A stretch of 64,000 nucleotides of DNA, taken from positions 32,001 to 96,000 of the forward strand of contig CBDBLO010000002.1 of the NCBI GenBank assembly GCA_965207075.1, written 5' to 3'. This stretch comes from Nitrosopumilus sp. (GTDB lineage: Archaea > Thermoproteota > Nitrososphaeria > Nitrososphaerales > Nitrosopumilaceae). Positions 59,766 to 64,000 of this stretch are shown piece by piece. The translations under genes were made by a program, and so were the position numbers. Positions within the stretch are counted from its first letter, which is position 1; each line of letters begins with the position of its first letter. The notes under the pieces were generated by a model, which did no database searches, was not told the origin of the DNA, and worked only from the letters and a program-made list of their open reading frames with translations.

Positions 59766-61027
59766 GGTTCTGTCAAGTTAGCGAGTCCTCGCTTCACCTG
59801 ACTTGGACATATCGACTATCCGGATTTTTGGTGCCGGCATCGCTGGCTCAAAAATGCCAGACTGCGCTTCACCTATGTCCCCTCCACTGCCCCTAAACCT
59901 AGGGGGCAGCTTGCGCGATATGTTCATGGCCGCTATTATATCGCGGTCCATGAACAACCCGCAATTATTGCACAACATCTTTCGTCTGTGTAGCGCGTCC
60001 TCTTGGAGATTCTTTCCGCATTTCGGACACTGCTTGCTTGTGCGTTTTGGATTGACGAAGGCGACTGGAAGCCCGGCCCAGGCCGCCTTGTGCTCTATCT
60101 GGCGCTGCAACTCGTAGAACTGCCACCCGTTCATCCGGCGCCTGTACTTTTTGCCCCGGCCGCTTCCCCTCTTGTAGAGCCTGCGTATTCCCTTCAGGTC
60201 TTCCATTATGATCGCGGTCTTTTTACACACGGCGTTGTCGACGATGTCCTTTGAGATCTTGTGGATGTATTGTTTCGTACGGTTGGACAGCCTGCGCTGC
60301 CTCTCCTTCCAGAACTCTTCCTTTTTCCGCCTGTCGCTCCTCCTGAAGCCGGCCCTCGCGTGTATAGTGTTCTCCCCCATCGATAACAGTTTGTTGGTCT
60401 TGTAGAATGTAACGCCTTTTGCGTTACCGCACGTGACGTTCCGCAGGTTCCTGTCGATACCCACCGTATTGGTGCATTCAACCATTTCGGCTTCCTTGGA
60501 AACGCAGATGCTGACACTGCTTTCGGTCAGTGAGAACGAGCGCACCTTCAGGGCGGGATCGGACAGTATTTTCTGCGTGTGGTCGTTCAAGAGTATGCTT
60601 ATCGGGTTCCCTTTCCTGTACGGTATCGTCAGCAGGCAACCGCTGTGTTTTACGCCGTAACAGTTCGTGATGAAGGGTTTTCTTACAACCGGGTCACGCA
60701 CCCGTCTCCCGCGCCTCAAGGACTGTTTCCTGTTTGACAGGATCCCGGCGGCCCTTGATATGGCGCACAGCTTGTACGAGGATAAAATGTCACAGTCATG
60801 CAGCTCGTGGTAACAGAGGCTGGACAGTCTTTTCATGTTGTGCGTGTCTTCTCTCATGCCTATCCTGATGCACCGGTTCACCATTTTTGTAAACACGCGC
60901 ATCATCTTCCTCAGGTCGGAGTTTGGCGCGGTTTGCTGCGTGACCGACTTGTATGCATTCAATGACAGGTATCTGGTCAGTGTGCATATTTGTGTGTTTC
61001 GTGATGACTCGTTAACTTGACAGAACC
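59766..61027 (-). mobile_element. Non-autonomous TnpB element with IS6-like terminal inverted repeats and 8-bp TSD
   Basis: GGTTCTGTCAAGTTAGCGAGTC (59766-59787) and GACTCGTTAACTTGACAGAACC (61006-61027) match at 21/22. TSD TTAGGTTT at 59758-59765 and 61028-61035. Confidence 0.9.
59778..60962 (-). CDS. tnpB: TnpB RNA-guided endonuclease
   Basis: VGIDRN, IIMEDL, TSKQCPKCG...CNNCG and DRDIIAAMNI motifs; the D-E-D triad is intact. Confidence 0.9.
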   Translation of the reverse strand: MNAYKSVTQQTAPNSDLRKMMRVFTKMVNRCIRIGMREDTHNMKRLSSLCYHELHDCDILSSYKLCAISRAAGILSNRKQSLRRGRRVRDPVVRKPFITNCYGVKHSGCLLTIPYRKGNPISILLNDHTQKILSDPALKVRSFSLTESSVSICVSKEAEMVECTNTVGIDRNLRNVTCGNAKGVTFYKTNKLLSMGENTIHARAGFRRSDRRKKEEFWKERQRRLSNRTKQYIHKISKDIVDNAVCKKTAIIMEDLKGIRRLYKRGSGRGKKYRRRMNGWQFYELQRQIEHKAAWAGLPVAFVNPKRTSKQCPKCGKNLQEDALHRRKMLCNNCGLFMDRDIIAAMNISRKLPPRFRGSGGDIGEAQSGIFEPAMPAPKIRIVDMSKSGEARTR

Positions 61028-61218
61028 TTAGGTTTCAAGGTGGATCCGGTGCCTCCCCACGCACGCCCTGCCCCGCCTGACTCCAACTCCGGGCGTGCGG
61101 GCCGCTGGTTTTTTGTGGTGGCTGCAAAACAAGTATCTGTCATCTGACGGCGGCGGTGGCGGCGGCAGTAGCAGCCAAGCGGCCACCCAATAAATAACGG
61201 CCCCGCGGCCGCACCCAC

Positions 61219-61740
61219 ATGAGGAAGAGGAACATATACGACGGAAGGGTAATCAACGTGCGCGTGTACGAGGGCAGGCCCCGCGGCCCCGCGTCAAAAA
61301 GGATACGCCGCGAGATCGTCGAGCACCCGGGCGCGGCCGCCATGCTGGCGTTTGACGACGACGGCAGGGTGATACTGGTAGAGCAGGACAGGTTCCCGCA
61401 CGGCCCCACCCTCGAGATACCCGCCGGGACGCTTGAGAGGGGGGAGGAGCCCCTGGAGTGCGCCAAGAGGGAGCTGCGCGAGGAGACCGGGTTTGCGGCG
61501 GGAAGCATGAAGCGCCTGGTCTCGTTCTACCCGTCCATAGGGTACAGTACCGAGATAATACACTGCTTTGTGGCCACGAAACTGAGGCCGGCCCCCGGCG
61601 GGCAGAGCCCCGACGACGACGAGGACATCACGGTACGCAGGGTGAGCCTCAAGAGGCTGCTGCAGATGATAAGGACCGGCAGGGTACGCGACTCGAAGAC
61701 GATATGCGCGGCCCTGGCGTACGCGTCCAAGAACGGCTAG
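61219..61740 (+). CDS. NUDIX hydrolase (ADP-ribose pyrophosphatase-like)
   Basis: EIPAG...CAKRELREETG Nudix box. Confidence 0.9.
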   Translation: MRKRNIYDGRVINVRVYEGRPRGPASKRIRREIVEHPGAAAMLAFDDDGRVILVEQDRFPHGPTLEIPAGTLERGEEPLECAKRELREETGFAAGSMKRLVSFYPSIGYSTEIIHCFVATKLRPAPGGQSPDDDEDITVRRVSLKRLLQMIRTGRVRDSKTICAALAYASKNG

Positions 61741-62747
61741 GCCTTGTCGTCATATATAGGCTTGACCAGGTCGGCCACGTCGGCCCACGACCTTGCGATC
61801 TTCTCGTACATGTGTATGACGTCTATAAAGTCGACCGGGAGCTGTCCTCCCGACGGCGGCTGCATGGTGCGGAGCCCCGCCAGCCCCTCCTGCATGCGGC
61901 GGTGCAGCGATATGGCCTCGATTGCAAGCCTCCTGTCAGGCGCCGTAAACGCGTCTATCGCCAGGGAGGCCGTCCTCTCAAGCTCCTGGACCGCCTCGAA
62001 TATCATCTGGGACTGCCCGGAGGAGAGGGACGAGCCTGCCACCAGTTCTGCAAGCTCGACTACGGAGTCGCCGGCGTTCTCAAGCAGGTTGGCGGCCACC
62101 CTGTAGTCCAGGATGTCTATGCTGCCCAGGTTGAACGCGCCTGCAAGCCGCCGGTCGGCCAGGCTGCTCCTGATCAGCCGCACGAGCAGAAAGTACTGCC
62201 TGTTCACCTCTATGTCCCGGTTCGGAATGGTCTGCAGGTTGGACCTGTCGTCGGAGACCAGCCCGCGCGTGACGTCCCCGCACATTCCGACCGCGATGGA
62301 GGACATGCGCTTGAGTATCTTGGCCGGGCTCAGGGTGGCCGCGTCAAGCAGGAACTGCATCTCGATGTGCGAGGCGTCCTCCTCTATGATCTCCATGCCG
62401 ACGAGCCGCCTCATCGAGTTGCGTATCTCCTCGCGGTCGCCGACGGGTATGACGCCGGAGTCGCCGGACTCTATCCTGATGACGTCGTATCCGAGCAGGT
62501 ACGCGCCCGTCGTGTCCGCCACTATGTTCTCCTCTGCCGGCAGCGGGTACGATATGACCAGGTCGGCCGTGGCACGGGCCTCCGCGCCGCCGCCCTCCGA
62601 CACGGAGAGCGATATCGAGTCGCGCCCCACGGTCTCCAGATCGACGCGAGTGCCCTTCTTCAGGTTGTGCGAGTCCACCCACTCCTTTGGGAGCGAGACC
62701 AGCGTGCTGTTTCCTATCTTCTGCAGGCGCCGCGTGAATTTAGTCAA
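61737..62747 (-). CDS. AbrB-PhoU phosphate uptake regulator
   Basis: RRLQKIGNSTLVSLPKEW (AbrB-like) followed by PhoU repeats. Confidence 0.85.
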   Translation of the reverse strand: MTKFTRRLQKIGNSTLVSLPKEWVDSHNLKKGTRVDLETVGRDSISLSVSEGGGAEARATADLVISYPLPAEENIVADTTGAYLLGYDVIRIESGDSGVIPVGDREEIRNSMRRLVGMEIIEEDASHIEMQFLLDAATLSPAKILKRMSSIAVGMCGDVTRGLVSDDRSNLQTIPNRDIEVNRQYFLLVRLIRSSLADRRLAGAFNLGSIDILDYRVAANLLENAGDSVVELAELVAGSSLSSGQSQMIFEAVQELERTASLAIDAFTAPDRRLAIEAISLHRRMQEGLAGLRTMQPPSGGQLPVDFIDVIHMYEKIARSWADVADLVKPIYDDKA

Positions 62748-62811
62748 TTTATACCTGTTATAGTAATTTAATCCATATTTTTATATCTTATCTGCAATTT
62801 AAACAACGATC

Positions 62812-63858
62812 ATGGCTGCAGGGAGGCAGGCGGCGGCGTTCTGCCCGGCGCATATCACCGGATTCTTCAAGGCCTTTGCGGACGGCCGCGGGGGCGGCGA
62901 CCGGGGGCGGCGCGTGGAAGACCGCGCGGGCGGAATGCGTGAGGCGGGCTCGACGGGCGCGGGATTCTCGCTTGCAGTAGGGGTGACGACAAGGGTCGGG
63001 CTCACGGATGCGCGCGCGCCTGCCTTCGACACTAAAGGTACCGGTGGCGGCGGCCCCGTCGATACCGACACCACCACGCCGCCATACGTCATAACGACCA
63101 CAGGGTATGGCACGGACGACACGACTCTCTCAGAGACCACAATCCGGCGGTTCCTGCAGGCCGCGGGGCGCAGGGGCACTGCGGTCCCCGCAGGCTCGGT
63201 GCTCGACGTCAGGCACGAGATATCGGTTCCCGTCGGGTACGGCCTGGGGTGCAGCGGCGCGGTCGCGCTCTCGCTTGCATACGCCCTCAATGACGCGCTT
63301 GGCGCCGGCATTGCGCACGAGGAGCTGGGCGGCATTGCGCACGAGGCCGAGATAGAGTGCAGGACGGGGCTCGGGGACGTGCTGGCGTCGTACCACGGCG
63401 GGTTCGAGGTGCGCATCAAGCCCGGCGCGCCCGGGGTGGGCATGGTGGAGGCCATTCCGGCCGGCGATGTCACCGTGCTGGTACTGTGCATGGCGCCGAT
63501 ATCGACGCGCCGGTTCATCGCAGAGCGCCTTCCGCACATCAACGGGCTCGGGGGCGAGATGATAGGAAGGCTCAGGAGATCAAGGGACTATGCGCACTTT
63601 GAGGACATGTCGCTGGAGTTCGCAGAGCACGTCGGGGTGGTAACCCCGAGGATGCGGCGCGTCACAAGCGCGCTGCGGGGCGCGGGCATCAGGTGCGGCG
63701 TCGCGCTGTTCGGCGAGACGATATTCTGCATGGTGGAGGCGGGAGGCGCGGCAGAGGCAAGGGCCGAGCGGATACTCAGGGGCTACGGCTCCGGCCACGT
63801 GATAAAATCAGGAATCGACCGGCGGGGCGCAAGGCCCCTTCCGAGGGCCAGGTGGTGA
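62812..63858 (+). CDS. Pantoate kinase (GHMP family)
   Basis: FCPAHITGFF, GSTGAG, PVGYGLGCSGA and AHEAE...TGLGDV motifs. Confidence 0.85.
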   Translation: MAAGRQAAAFCPAHITGFFKAFADGRGGGDRGRRVEDRAGGMREAGSTGAGFSLAVGVTTRVGLTDARAPAFDTKGTGGGGPVDTDTTTPPYVITTTGYGTDDTTLSETTIRRFLQAAGRRGTAVPAGSVLDVRHEISVPVGYGLGCSGAVALSLAYALNDALGAGIAHEELGGIAHEAEIECRTGLGDVLASYHGGFEVRIKPGAPGVGMVEAIPAGDVTVLVLCMAPISTRRFIAERLPHINGLGGEMIGRLRRSRDYAHFEDMSLEFAEHVGVVTPRMRRVTSALRGAGIRCGVALFGETIFCMVEAGGAAEARAERILRGYGSGHVIKSGIDRRGARPLPRARW

Positions 63859-63886
63859 CGGCGGCTTGGCGGGGGTGACGACAGAA

Positions 63887-64000
63887 ATGGGTAGGGCGGA
63901 GCACGCCGCGCAGGATGCGGTGGTGCCAGAGTCCCACCCAAGGGCCGAGTCCCTCCGCATACGTCACAGGCTTGTAGGTGGCTTTGAGGAGGGGCTGGTC
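63887..64000 (+). CDS. Phosphopantothenate synthetase (archaeal PPS), N-terminus only
   Basis: Manual translation MGRAEH...VPESHPRAESLRIRHRLVGGFEEGLV; follows pantoate kinase. Confidence 0.75.
   Translation, partial: MGRAEHAAQDAVVPESHPRAESLRIRHRLVGGFEEGLV

Noticed and set aside
31810-63600. Numerous long antisense/overlapping ORFs (e.g. 42763..43872, 46535..47947, 58198..59781, 61458..62771)
   Set aside because: These are high-GC shadow frames overlapping well-supported genes.
63860-64000. Possible structured RNA at the window end
   Set aside because: It translates as the N-terminus of archaeal phosphopantothenate synthetase.

Overview
High-GC ammonia-oxidising-archaeon-like (Nitrososphaerota/Nitrosopumilaceae-type) chromosome segment, judged from the SlaA-type S-layer protein, tetraether synthase Tes, F420 reductase NpdG, DUR3 urea transporter and pantoate kinase plus PPS. 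The first ~31 kb is accessory. (1) A candidate S-layer phase/antigenic-variation locus: two convergent ~7-kb S-layer genes have near-identical 5' (~2 kb) and 3' (~3.25 kb) arms around a divergent ~1.9-kb middle cassette. Only the minus-strand copy keeps its TATA box and ATG. A third variant cassette is fused to a catalytically dead metallopeptidase, and a probable tyrosine recombinase sits directly beside the silent copy. (2) A GHKL/MORC-ATPase-AbiEi fusion lies next to an AbiEii toxin gene that is split by a TnpB element. Both TnpB genes in the window (27.1 kb and 59.8 kb) have no transposase and are bounded by terminal inverted repeats with 9-bp and 8-bp target-site duplications. That is DDE-type geometry rather than IS200/IS605 geometry. 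From 31 to 64 kb the window is mostly housekeeping genes, plus tRNA-Arg(TCG), an orphan adenine methylase and a DUF3800 gene with a downstream hairpin. Family calls come from motif recognition by eye; no searches were run.
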